A stretch of 53,459 bases of DNA from Candidatus Rokubacteria bacterium 13_2_20CM_69_15_1 (GTDB lineage: Bacteria; Methylomirabilota; Methylomirabilia; Rokubacteriales; CSP1-6). Numbering within the stretch: the stretch's first letter is position 1; every line of letters starts with the position of its first letter. The DNA is taken from positions 1 through 53,459 of the forward strand of contig MNCR01000102.1 in the NCBI GenBank assembly GCA_001914535.1, written 5' to 3'. Positions 19,686 through 28,688 of this stretch are shown here, piece after piece. Under the pieces are notes generated by a model. It was not told the DNA's origin, ran no database searches, and saw only the letters and a list, made by a program, of their open reading frames with translations. The translations under genes were made by a program, and so were the position numbers.

Positions 19686-21208
19686 TCGGAGCATCGGTCT
19701 TGCGTGAGGATCTGGCTCTCGCCGGGCTCCTGTCGGTGAGCGCGATGGGTCTCGCCCTGGCGTTCCCGCGCACCGACTGGGACGGAGTCGCCTGGCTCCT
19801 CGTGGCGCCGGTCATCGTGACGGCGTTGAGCCACGCGCCGCGCGCGGCGCTCGCCTGGGGCTGGTTCTTCGGCTCCGTGTTCTTCCTGACGCTCCTCCGG
19901 TGGCTTGACCATACGTTCAGGGTGTATAGCGCCATCCCGTGGCCGGCCACCTGGCTGCCGATCGTCGCGCTCGCGGCGTACTGCGGGCTCTACGTCGGTG
20001 GTTTCGCATGGGCGGTGTCCTGGATCGGCAGGCGGCGCGCCGCCGGAGTCGCCCTGGCGGCGGCGCCCTTCCTCTGGGTGACCGGTGAGTGGGTGCGGTC
20101 CCACCTCCTCGGCGGGTTCCCCTGGGGCACGCTCGGTTACTCGCAGTATCTAAGGTTGCCGGTCATCCAGATCGCCGAGCTGGGAGGCGTCCACGCCGTG
20201 TCGTTCGTTCTGGTCGCGGTGAATGCCGCGGTCGCGGGCTGTCTCGTGCTGCCGTGGCGCGGGGCGCTCGCCGGGGTAGCGCTCGGTGGAACGCTGCTCG
20301 CGGCGACGCTCGCGTTCGGGAGCGCGAGGCTCGCCGAGGCGCCGGGCGGCCCGGGCGAAGTCACCGTGGCCATCATGCAGCCGTCGATCGAGCAGCCGTT
20401 GAAGTTCGATCCGACTCACGCGGCGACGACACTCGGGATCTACACCTCGCTCACCCGGCTCGCGAGCGTCGAGCGCCCGGACCTGGTCGTGTGGCCCGAG
20501 ACGGCGGCGCCGATGGCGCTCCGGCGCGACCCGCGGCTGGTCGATGCCCTCAGCACCCTCTCAAAAACTCTCAAGGTCCCGCTTCTCGTGGGCTCGATCG
20601 ATGCTAATGATACGACTCCGACGAGGCTGACTAATTCTGTGTTTTTATTGACTGAAGGAGGTATCGTAGACAGGTACGATAAGATCCACCTCGTCCCGTT
20701 CGGAGAGTTCGTCCCCCTCTCGCGTCTGCTCGGGTTCATCCGGGGCTGGGCCGAGTTCATCGGCGAGCTCGAGCCCGGCTCGCGCGCGGTGGTATTCCAG
20801 GGCCCGCCCGCGCCGTTCGGTGTCGTAATCTGTTACGAGGGGATTTTCCCGGAGCTCGTGCGCGAATTCGTGAGAGGTGGAGCGCGCTTGATGGTGAACG
20901 TGACGAACGACGCCTGGTTCGGCCGCACCGACGGTCCGTGGCAACACCTCGCCATGTACCCCTTCCGGGCCGTCGAACATCGCACGGCCGTCGTGCGGAC
21001 AGCAAACACCGGCGTCTCCGCCTTCATCGCGCCTTCCGGGCAGATCCTCCGGCGGCTGTCGCTCTACCGCCGCGCCGTCATGGCCGAGCGCCTGCCGCTC
21101 AGGGTCGGCGCGACGGTCTACACGCGGTTCGGTGAGTGGCTCGCGTATCTATCCCTCGGTGTGACCGTGGGCACGCTCGCGGCGAGCGCGCGCAGGGGGC
21201 GGCGTTAA
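19673..21208 (+). CDS. lnt: Apolipoprotein N-acyltransferase
   Basis: Multi-TM N-terminus, GGFPW, catalytic triad WPE / YDK.HLVPFGE / ICYE, TNDAWFG, RTANTG; exact start uncertain (alternative TTG 19700). Confidence 0.95.
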   Translation: MGRLIGASVLREDLALAGLLSVSAMGLALAFPRTDWDGVAWLLVAPVIVTALSHAPRAALAWGWFFGSVFFLTLLRWLDHTFRVYSAIPWPATWLPIVALAAYCGLYVGGFAWAVSWIGRRRAAGVALAAAPFLWVTGEWVRSHLLGGFPWGTLGYSQYLRLPVIQIAELGGVHAVSFVLVAVNAAVAGCLVLPWRGALAGVALGGTLLAATLAFGSARLAEAPGGPGEVTVAIMQPSIEQPLKFDPTHAATTLGIYTSLTRLASVERPDLVVWPETAAPMALRRDPRLVDALSTLSKTLKVPLLVGSIDANDTTPTRLTNSVFLLTEGGIVDRYDKIHLVPFGEFVPLSRLLGFIRGWAEFIGELEPGSRAVVFQGPPAPFGVVICYEGIFPELVREFVRGGARLMVNVTNDAWFGRTDGPWQHLAMYPFRAVEHRTAVVRTANTGVSAFIAPSGQILRRLSLYRRAVMAERLPLRVGATVYTRFGEWLAYLSLGVTVGTLAASARRGRR

Positions 21209-22312
21209 TGCTCGGCGAGCTCAAGCGCGACGTCGCCGACCTCGCGGCGCGGGTCAACGAGCTCCGGGGGCATCTTTGACATCCCGGCGAAGGAGCAGCG
21301 GCTCGCCGCGCTCGAAGGGGAGATGGCGTCGCCCGCCTTCTGGGAGGACAACCGCCGCGCGCAGGAGCTCATCCGCGAGCGCACGGAGCTCAGCCGGGGC
21401 GTCAGTCGGCTGAAGGAGCTGGCGGCGCGCGCCGAGGACCTCACCGTGTTCCTCGAGCTGGCGGCAGAGACGGACGACGGAAGCCTCGACGCCGAGATCG
21501 CCACCGGCATCGCGAGCCTCCGCAAGGACCTCGACGAGTTCGAGCTGAAAGTCATGATGTCGGGGCCGCACGACATCAAGGCGGCGGTCCTCTCGATCCA
21601 CCCGGGCGCGGGCGGTACGGAGTCCCAGGACTGGGCGCAGATGCTCCTCCGGATGTACCTCCGCTGGTGTGAGCGCGCGGGGCTCAAGGCGGAGGTCGTG
21701 GACCTTCTTCCCGGAGACGAGGCCGGGATCAAGTCGGCGACCGTCGAGATCACGGGCGAGTACGCCTACGGCTTCCTCAAGGGCGAGACGGGCGTGCACC
21801 GGCTCGTGAGGATCTCGCCGTTCGACGCCTCGCGCCGTCGGCAGACGAGCTTCGCGTCCGTCGCGGTCGTCCCGGAGGTGGACGACGTGGAGGTCAACGT
21901 GCGGGAGGACGAGATCCGGGTGGACGTCTTCCGAGCCTCCGGTCCCGGCGGCCAGGGGGTCAACACCGCCGACTCGGCCGTCCGCGTCACGCACCTGCCG
22001 ACCGGCATCGTCGTCCAGTGCCAGAACGAGCGGTCGCAGCTCCGCAACCGCGACACGGCGATGCGAATCCTCAAAGCGCGGCTCTACGAGCTCGCGCACA
22101 AGAAGCAGCGCGAGGAGCTCGCCGAGCTCACCGGTGCGAAGAAGGAGATCGCCTTCGGCAGCCAGATTCGCTCGTACACGTTCCATCCCTACCAGCTCAT
22201 CAAGGACCATCGGACGGGGGTCGAGATCGGCAACGTCGAGGCGGTGATGGACGGCGACCTCGACGAGCTGATCCGGGCGTATCTGCTCTGGGTCCGCGGG
22301 CGTGAAGGATAG
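21208..22312 (+). CDS. prfB: Peptide chain release factor 2, +1 programmed frameshift at codon 23/24
   Basis: ATG 21208 (MLGELKRDV...GHL) ends at CTT TGA C (21274-21280); the +1 frame continues DIPAKEQ... with SPF anticodon mimic and GGQ motif. Confidence 0.97.
21265..21280 (+). promoter_or_regulatory. RF2 autoregulatory +1 frameshift site
   Basis: CGGGGG-CAT-CTT-TGA-C: internal SD-like sequence 3 nt before the slippery CTT TGA, as in the canonical prfB site. Confidence 0.95.
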
Positions 22313-22355
22313 CGAGGGTGGCCGTGCGAAGGGGAGCGGAACGCGAGGCGAGCGT

Positions 22356-23861
22356 GTGAATCCAGACGACGCGAACGAGCTGATCCGCGAGCGGCGTGCG
22401 AAGCTCACGGCCCTACGGGCCAAGGGGGTCGATCCGTTCGGCGGCCGCTTCCCGGTGACCCACTGGGCGCTGCCGCTCGCCGACCGACTCCGCGACGCGC
22501 GCGACGAGGAGCTCAAGGGGTTCGGCCCCGTGAGCCTGGCCGGACGGGTCGTCGCCCTGCGCGACCACGGCAAGTCGTGCTTCGGCCACCTCATGGACTA
22601 CACGGGGCGGATCCAGCTCTACGCCCGTGAAGACCAGCTCGGCGACGACTACGCGCGCTTCACCGGTCTCGACCGCGGTGACTTCATCGGCGTCACCGGC
22701 GAGATGTTTCGGACCCGGACCGGCGAGCTGACGGTCGCCGTCAAGGCGTTCACGTTTCTCGCCAAGTCGCTCCGGCCGCTGCCCGAGAAGTGGCACGGCC
22801 TCCGCGACGTCGAGACGCGCTACCGGCAGCGGTACGTCGACCTGATCGTCAACGCGGAGGTACGGGCGATCTTCCTGCTCCGCGCCCGGATCGTGGCGGC
22901 GATCCGGACGTTTCTCGACGCGCGCGGCTTCCTGGAGGTCGAGACCCCGATGATGCACCCGATTCCTGGGGGCGCCATCGCGCGGCCGTTCAAGACGCAC
23001 CACAACGCGCTCGGCATGGACCTGTATCTCCGGATCGCGCCGGAGCTCTACCTCAAGCGGCTCGTCGTCGGCGGCTTCGAGCGTGTCTACGAGATCAACC
23101 GGAACTTCCGGAACGAAGGGATCTCGACCCAGCACAATCCCGAGTTCACGATGCTCGAGTTCTACCAGGCGTACGCCGACTACACGGACCTGATGGACCT
23201 GACCGAAGCGCTGTTCACGGAGCTCGCGCAGTCGGTCCGCGGGACGCTCAGGCTCACCTGGGGCGAGCACGTCATCGACCTCACGCCGCCCTGGCGGCGG
23301 CTCGGGTTCTTCGATGGTCTCTCGGAGGCCCTCGGCATCCGGGTCACGCCGGAGACCGACGCGGCGTCGCTCTCCCGCGCCGCGGAGGCGCGCGGCGTGG
23401 GCGCGGCCGAGGGGCCGCCGTGGAAGCTCTGGAAGGAGGTCTTCGAGCAGCTCGTCGAGCCGACGCTCGTGCAGCCCACGTTCGTCATCGACTTTCCCGT
23501 CGCGCTTTCGCCGCTCGCCAAGAAGAAGCGCGAGGCGCCGGCGCTTGTGGACCGCTTCGAGCTTTTCATCGGTCGGCGCGAACTGGCCAACGCGTATAGC
23601 GAGCTGAACGACCCGATCGACCAGCTCGCCCGCTTCCGCGAGCAGGCGCAGCTCCTCGCGCGCGGCGACGACGAAGCCCACTGGCTCGACGAAGACTACG
23701 TCCGCGCGCTCGAGTACGGCATGCCGCCGGCGGCGGGCGAGGGGATCGGCATCGACCGTCTGGTGATGCTCTTCGGCGACCTGCCGTCGATCCGCGAGGT
23801 CATCCTCTTCCCGCACCTCAGGCCCGAGGCCGGCCGGACGGGCGAGGGCGACGTCCCGTGA
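22356..23861 (+). CDS. lysS: Lysine--tRNA ligase (class II)
   Basis: OB-fold (AGRV..R..GK), [38 protein letters not shown]; GAGG before GTG 22356 (alternative GTG 22302). Confidence 0.97.
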   Translation: MNPDDANELIRERRAKLTALRAKGVDPFGGRFPVTHWALPLADRLRDARDEELKGFGPVSLAGRVVALRDHGKSCFGHLMDYTGRIQLYAREDQLGDDYARFTGLDRGDFIGVTGEMFRTRTGELTVAVKAFTFLAKSLRPLPEKWHGLRDVETRYRQRYVDLIVNAEVRAIFLLRARIVAAIRTFLDARGFLEVETPMMHPIPGGAIARPFKTHHNALGMDLYLRIAPELYLKRLVVGGFERVYEINRNFRNEGISTQHNPEFTMLEFYQAYADYTDLMDLTEALFTELAQSVRGTLRLTWGEHVIDLTPPWRRLGFFDGLSEALGIRVTPETDAASLSRAAEARGVGAAEGPPWKLWKEVFEQLVEPTLVQPTFVIDFPVALSPLAKKKREAPALVDRFELFIGRRELANAYSELNDPIDQLARFREQAQLLARGDDEAHWLDEDYVRALEYGMPPAAGEGIGIDRLVMLFGDLPSIREVILFPHLRPEAGRTGEGDVP

Positions 23862-25090
23862 GGTGCCAGCTGCCGTTCGAGCTGTTCCTCGGCCTGCGCT
23901 ACCTGCGCGCCCGTGGCCAGCGGACGAATTTGTCGCTCTTCGTGTGGATCGGCGTCGGTGGAGTCTTCCTCGGCGTGGCGGCCCTCATCGTCGTGCTCGC
24001 CGTGATGACGGGCTTCCAGGACGGGATCCGCGAGAAGATCATCGCGGCCAACCCACACCTGCTCGTCTATCAATCGGGCGGGGCCGGGCTCGCCGACCCG
24101 AGCGCGGTCGTCGCCCGGATCGCCGCGGTCCCGGGCGTCCGCCTGGCGACGCCGTTCGTGCACCAGCAAGCGCTCTTCACCACGTCGGCCGGCGGCTCCC
24201 ACGGCGGCCTCATCCGCGGCATCGACCTCCGCACCCCCGCGGTGGCCCGGGACATCGGCTCGCAACTGCGCAGCGGGAGCCTCGAGCCCGTCGAGCACGG
24301 CGAGGCGGCGATCCTTCTCGGGCGCGAGCTCGCCCGTGTGCTCGGCGTCCTGCCCGGCGACACGGTGACGGTGATCTCGCCAAAGGGTGCGCTCACGGCC
24401 GTCGGGATGGTGCCGAAGATGCGCCGGTACACCGTCGCGGGGACGTTCGAGGTCGGCATGTACGAGTTCGACGCCTCGTTCGCCTACCTCGCGCTGCCGG
24501 TGGCGCAGGAGTTCGCCGGGCTCGGCGGCGTCACCGGGATCGAGGTCAAGCTGGCCGACCCGTTCGACGCCAAGCGTGTGGGACGGGCGGTCGCCGGCGC
24601 GCTCGGGTTCCCGTACTGGGTTCGCGACTGGATGGACATGAACCGAAGCCTCTTCGCGGCGCTCCAGCTCGAGAAGCTCGCGCTCTTCGTGATCGTGACG
24701 ATCATCGTCCTCGTGGCGGCGTTTGCCATCATCGGCCACCTTGTCCTGCTCGTCGCGGACAAGCGCAAGGAGATCGGGGTCCTCAAGGCGATCGGCGCCT
24801 CACGGCAGTCCGTCGCCGTGACGTTCTTCGCCGTGGGGATGGGGATCGGTGTGGCTGGCACCGTCGCCGGGAGCGCCGTGGGTCTCTTGATCATCTGGGC
24901 GCAGAACACCTTCAAAGTGATCCGCCTCGCGAGCGACGTCTACCAGATTGACTACCTGCCGATGAAGCTGACGCTGTCGGACGGGCTCATGGTGGTCGGC
25001 GCGACGCTCTTTCTGTCGTTTCTGGCGACGATCATCCCGGCGCGCCGGGCGGGTGCCCTCGAGCCGGTCGACGTCTTGAGGTACGAATGA
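23858..25090 (+). CDS. lolE: Lipoprotein-releasing ABC transporter permease (single LolC/E, LolF-like)
   Basis: [55 protein letters not shown]. Confidence 0.92.
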   Translation: MRCQLPFELFLGLRYLRARGQRTNLSLFVWIGVGGVFLGVAALIVVLAVMTGFQDGIREKIIAANPHLLVYQSGGAGLADPSAVVARIAAVPGVRLATPFVHQQALFTTSAGGSHGGLIRGIDLRTPAVARDIGSQLRSGSLEPVEHGEAAILLGRELARVLGVLPGDTVTVISPKGALTAVGMVPKMRRYTVAGTFEVGMYEFDASFAYLALPVAQEFAGLGGVTGIEVKLADPFDAKRVGRAVAGALGFPYWVRDWMDMNRSLFAALQLEKLALFVIVTIIVLVAAFAIIGHLVLLVADKRKEIGVLKAIGASRQSVAVTFFAVGMGIGVAGTVAGSAVGLLIIWAQNTFKVIRLASDVYQIDYLPMKLTLSDGLMVVGATLFLSFLATIIPARRAGALEPVDVLRYE

Positions 25091-25283
25091 AGCCACGGGC
25101 TCCTCTCTCAGGCCACGCCCGGTCCGACCCGGCCCCGCGGACCCCGATACAAATGAAGCTACGCGCGCCTCGCTCAGGCCACCCACGGTGTGCGTCGGCC
25201 TCGCGCAGCCCGATACAAATGAAGCCACGGGCTCCTCTCTCAGGCCACGCCCGGTCCGACCCGGCCCCGCGGACCTGGGTGGA
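25087..25283 (+). repeat. Three tandem 66-bp type A units of the junction repeat family
   Basis: Units start with ATGAAG at 25087, 25153, 25219; units 1 and 3 identical for 57 nt; in-frame 22-aa peptide repeat. Confidence 0.95.
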
Positions 25284-25287
25284 ATGA
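25087..25287 (+). CDS. Putative 66-aa mini-ORF built from three 22-aa repeats ([22 protein letters not shown]...)
   Basis: ATG overlaps the lolE TGA (ATGA); its own TGA overlaps the next mini-ORF ATG; translation not proven. Confidence 0.45.
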   Translation: MKPRAPLSGHARSDPAPRTPIQMKLRAPRSGHPRCASASRSPIQMKPRAPLSGHARSDPAPRTWVE

Positions 25288-25337
25288 GCCGCGACATGCG
25301 GAACGCAGCCGGGGCGCACCTCGTCTCGGGCCAATGA
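25284..25337 (+). repeat. Type B junction repeat copy, mini-[20 protein letters not shown]
   Basis: 25295-25333 is identical (39 nt) to 43831-43869; ATGA overlaps at both ends, the 3' one being the lolD start. Confidence 0.93.
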
Positions 25338-26029
25338 CCGAGCCGCTCCTGGTCGCCGAAGATCTCGAAAAGGAGTATCGCGCGGGCCCCGAGGTCGTGC
25401 GCGTCCTCCGGGGCGCGAGTCTGGTCGTGCGCCCGGGCGAGATCGTTGCGCTCGTGGGCGCGTCCGGCGTCGGCAAGTCCACGCTCCTCCACCTCCTGGG
25501 CGCGCTCGAGCGGCCCACCGCGGGCCGTGTCTTCTTCCGGGGTGAGGAGTTGTTCGCGCGCGGCGAGGCGGGGCTCGTGCGCTATCGGCGGCAGGACGTC
25601 GGCTTCGTTTTCCAGTTTTACAACCTGCTCGGCGAGCTGTCGGCGCTGGAGAACGCCATGATCCCGGCGCTCCTCCTGCGCAAGCCGTCGGCGGAGGCCC
25701 GGGAAATTGCGGCGGCGGCTCTCGCCGAGGTCGGCCTGGCCGACCGTCTCCACCACCGCCCGGGCGAGCTGTCGGGAGGGGAGCAGCAGCGCGTCGCGGT
25801 CGCGCGGGCTCTCATCAACGGCCCTAAGCTGATCCTGGCCGACGAGCCCACGGGCAACCTCGACCCGAAGACGAGCGAGATCATCTACGACCTGTTCGGG
25901 AGGCTCCAGGCGGAGCGCGGCATCGCATTCCTCGTCGCGACCCACAATCCCGACCTCGCGCGGAAGGCCGAGCGGGGGTACCGGCTGATCGAGGGGCGAG
26001 CCCGGGAGATCGACACGGGTGGCGGCTGA
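25334..26029 (+). CDS. lolD: Lipoprotein-releasing ABC transporter ATPase
   Basis: [19 protein letters not shown] (LolD-like motif), [23 protein letters not shown]. Confidence 0.92.
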   Translation: MTEPLLVAEDLEKEYRAGPEVVRVLRGASLVVRPGEIVALVGASGVGKSTLLHLLGALERPTAGRVFFRGEELFARGEAGLVRYRRQDVGFVFQFYNLLGELSALENAMIPALLLRKPSAEAREIAAAALAEVGLADRLHHRPGELSGGEQQRVAVARALINGPKLILADEPTGNLDPKTSEIIYDLFGRLQAERGIAFLVATHNPDLARKAERGYRLIEGRAREIDTGGG

Positions 26030-26129
26030 GCGCGCTCGCGGCCGGGGGCGCCTCTGCGAGAAGATGCGCGCCGATTCGCGCAGTTACTCGCGTGGCAGAA
26101 AAACGCTAGCCCGGGTTTCCCCCCTAGGC

Positions 26130-26150
26130 TATACTGAGTTCGAAGTCACT
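26130..26150 (+). promoter_or_regulatory. Putative -10 box plus overlapping imperfect palindrome upstream of clpC
   Basis: TATACT 26130-26135 followed by TGAGTTCGAAGTCA (26135-26148; 12/14 self-complementary). Confidence 0.35.
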
Positions 26151-26211
26151 AACTAGCCGTCGCCGAAAGAAAATTTCGCTCAGGCGGCTCGGGAAGGGGT
26201 GGGGCACGCCA

Positions 26212-28659
26212 GTGTTTGAACGATTCACCGAGCGGGCGCGACGGGTCATCATCTTGGCGCGGGAGGAAGCCGGTCGTTTCCGACACGACTTCGTGGGCAC
26301 TGAGCACGTCCTCCTCGGGCTGATTCGCGACGGCGAAGGGATCGCGACCGCTGTCCTCCAGCGTCTGGGCCTCAGGCTCGAGACGGTGAAGGCGGAAGTC
26401 GAGCGGGCCCTGGCCGGTTTCCCCAAGACGCTCACGTTCGGTGAAGTGCCCTTTACGCCGCAGGCCAAGCGCGTCCTCGAGCTCTCGATCGAGGAAGCCC
26501 GGCAGCTTGGCCACAACTACATCGGCACCGAGCACCTCCTCCTCGGCCTCATGAAGGAAGGGCAGTCGATCGCGGCGAAGATTCTCGAGTCGCTCGGTGC
26601 GCGCCTGGACGAGGTCCGGCAGGAAACGCTGGCGCTCCTCGGCGACCAGTATTACCCGCGGCCCAAGAAGCGCTCGCAGACGCCCGTCCTCGACGAGTTC
26701 GCCCGCGACCTCACGCAGCTCGCACGCGAGAGCAAGCTCGACCCGGTCATCGGGCGCGAGCAGGAGATCGAGCGCGTGATCCAGATCCTGGCCAGACGGA
26801 CGAAGAACAATCCGGTCTTGATCGGCGAGCCGGGCGTGGGGAAGACGGCCATCGTCGAGGGTCTCGCCCAGAAGATCGTCAACCACGACGTGCCCGACGT
26901 GCTCGTGAACAAGCGGTTGCTCCAGCTCGATCTGGGCGCTCTGGTCGCTGGCACCAAGTATCGGGGTCAGTTCGAGGAGCGGCTCAAGGCGGTGATGAAG
27001 GAGATCCGCCAGTCGGAAAACGTCGTCCTGTTCCTCGACGAGCTGCACACGCTCATCGGCGCCGGCGCCGCCGAGGGCGCGATCGACGCCTCGAACATGC
27101 TCAAGCCGGCGCTCTCGCGCGGCGAGATCCAGACGATCGGCGCGACGACGCTCGACGAGTACCGCAAGTACATCGAGAAGGACGGCGCGCTCGAGCGGCG
27201 CTTCCAGCCGGTCATCGTGAAAGCCCCGACGGTTCCGGAGGCGATCGAGATCATCCGTGGCCTCCGGCACAAGTACGAGGCGCACCACCGGGTGAAGATC
27301 ACCGAGCAGGCGATCTCCGCCGCGGTGCACCTCGCCGACCGCTACATCACCGACCGGCAGCTCCCCGACAAGGCGATCGACGTGATTGACGAGGCATCGT
27401 CGCGGACGCGGCTCATGGCGCTCACGCCGCCGCCCGAGCTCAAGGAGATCGAGAAAGAGCTCGAGCGCGTCATCCGCGAAAAGGACATGTATCTGGAGGC
27501 GCAGGAGTTCGAGAAGGCGGCGTCACTCCGCGAGAAGGAAAAGATCCTCCGGCACCGCGAGGAGGAGCTCAAGCGCGAGTGGGAGAAGAACAAGGGCAAA
27601 GGGACCCAGTCGGTCGAGGAGGAGGACATCGAGTTCATCGTGTCCCGCTGGACCGGCATCCCGTTGGCGAAGCTCGAGGAGAAAGAGTCCGCGAAGCTCG
27701 CGCGCATGGAGGAAGCGCTCCACGGGCGGATCGTTGGCCAGGACGACGCGGTGGCCGCCGTGTCGCGCGCGATCCGGCGCTCGCGCGCCGGTCTGAAGGA
27801 CGCGAAGCGTCCGGTGGGGTCGTTCGTCTTCCTGGGCCCGACGGGTGTCGGCAAGACGGAGCTCGCGCGCGCGCTCGCCGAGTACCTCTTCGGTGACGAG
27901 AACGCGCTGATCCGCGTCGACATGTCGGAGTACATGGAGAAGTTCTCGGTCTCGCGCCTGCTCGGGGCCCCGCCCGGCTACGTCGGCTACGAGGAGGGCG
28001 GCTTCCTCACGGAGAAGGTCCGGCGGCGCCCGTACTCGGTCGTCCTCTTCGACGAGATCGAGAAGGCGCATCCCGACGTGTTCAACATGCTCCTGCAAGT
28101 CTTGGACGACGGACGGCTGACCGACTCGCTCGGCCACGTCGTGGACTTCAAGAACACGATCCTGATCATGACGTCGAACCTGGGCACGAGCCTCATCGGC
28201 AAGCGCGTGTCGCCCGGGTTCCTGCAGGAGTCCGACGAGGCGTCCTACGAGAAGATGAAGGAACGCGTGCTGGACGAGCTGAAGCGCACGTTCCGGCCCG
28301 AGTTCTTGAACCGCATCGACGACATCATCGTCTTCCACGCGCTCGGCTCCGAGCACATCAAGCAGATCATCCGCTTGATGCTCGCGAGGATCAACAAGCA
28401 GCTGGCCGACAAGGGGATCGAGCTCGTGCTCACGCGCGCGGCCGAGGCGGCGCTCGTCGAGAAAGGGTACGATCCCACCTACGGCGCCCGACAGCTGCGA
28501 CGCACGATCCAGAAGTACATCGAGGATCCCCTGGCCGAGGCCATCGTGCGCGGTCAGGTCGCGGAAAGCGCCCGGATCGAAGTGGATGTGGACGGGGCGA
28601 ACTTTACTTTCCGCGAGGCGCAGGCCGTCGATGCGCCGCTCGAGCTTGCAGAGCACTAG
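26212..28659 (+). CDS. clpC: ATP-dependent Clp protease ATP-binding subunit ClpC
   Basis: [12 protein letters not shown], double Clp-N repeats (GTEH), two AAA+ modules ([16 protein letters not shown]), short UVR-like M domain ([13 protein letters not shown]). Confidence 0.95.
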   Translation: MFERFTERARRVIILAREEAGRFRHDFVGTEHVLLGLIRDGEGIATAVLQRLGLRLETVKAEVERALAGFPKTLTFGEVPFTPQAKRVLELSIEEARQLGHNYIGTEHLLLGLMKEGQSIAAKILESLGARLDEVRQETLALLGDQYYPRPKKRSQTPVLDEFARDLTQLARESKLDPVIGREQEIERVIQILARRTKNNPVLIGEPGVGKTAIVEGLAQKIVNHDVPDVLVNKRLLQLDLGALVAGTKYRGQFEERLKAVMKEIRQSENVVLFLDELHTLIGAGAAEGAIDASNMLKPALSRGEIQTIGATTLDEYRKYIEKDGALERRFQPVIVKAPTVPEAIEIIRGLRHKYEAHHRVKITEQAISAAVHLADRYITDRQLPDKAIDVIDEASSRTRLMALTPPPELKEIEKELERVIREKDMYLEAQEFEKAASLREKEKILRHREEELKREWEKNKGKGTQSVEEEDIEFIVSRWTGIPLAKLEEKESAKLARMEEALHGRIVGQDDAVAAVSRAIRRSRAGLKDAKRPVGSFVFLGPTGVGKTELARALAEYLFGDENALIRVDMSEYMEKFSVSRLLGAPPGYVGYEEGGFLTEKVRRRPYSVVLFDEIEKAHPDVFNMLLQVLDDGRLTDSLGHVVDFKNTILIMTSNLGTSLIGKRVSPGFLQESDEASYEKMKERVLDELKRTFRPEFLNRIDDIIVFHALGSEHIKQIIRLMLARINKQLADKGIELVLTRAAEAALVEKGYDPTYGARQLRRTIQKYIEDPLAEAIVRGQVAESARIEVDVDGANFTFREAQAVDAPLELAEH

Positions 28660-28688
28660 GGCGCAGTTTCCACACGCCTGAGCGCTCG

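Noticed and set aside
20640-20690. AT-rich patch as a dif site or DnaA-box cluster
   Set aside because: No XerC/XerD consensus arms or TTATCCACA boxes visible.
21274-21280. In-frame stop in prfB as pseudogene or sequencing error
   Set aside because: It matches the canonical programmed +1 frameshift context.
22302-22355. Possible N-terminal extension of LysS or inserted element after prfB
   Set aside because: No repeat, palindrome or target duplication; a downstream GTG with a GAGG SD explains it as a plain spacer.
25087-25337. CRISPR array interpretation of the tandem 66-bp units
   Set aside because: No constant repeat with unique spacers: units 1 and 3 are identical for 57 nt and unit 2 is homologous along its length; no cas genes or AT-rich leader.
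26041-26055. GCCGGGGGCGCCTCT after lolD as a ninth copy of the junction repeat
   Set aside because: Only about 15 GC-rich nt resemble the 5' half; the GGCCAC core and 3' hairpin are missing.
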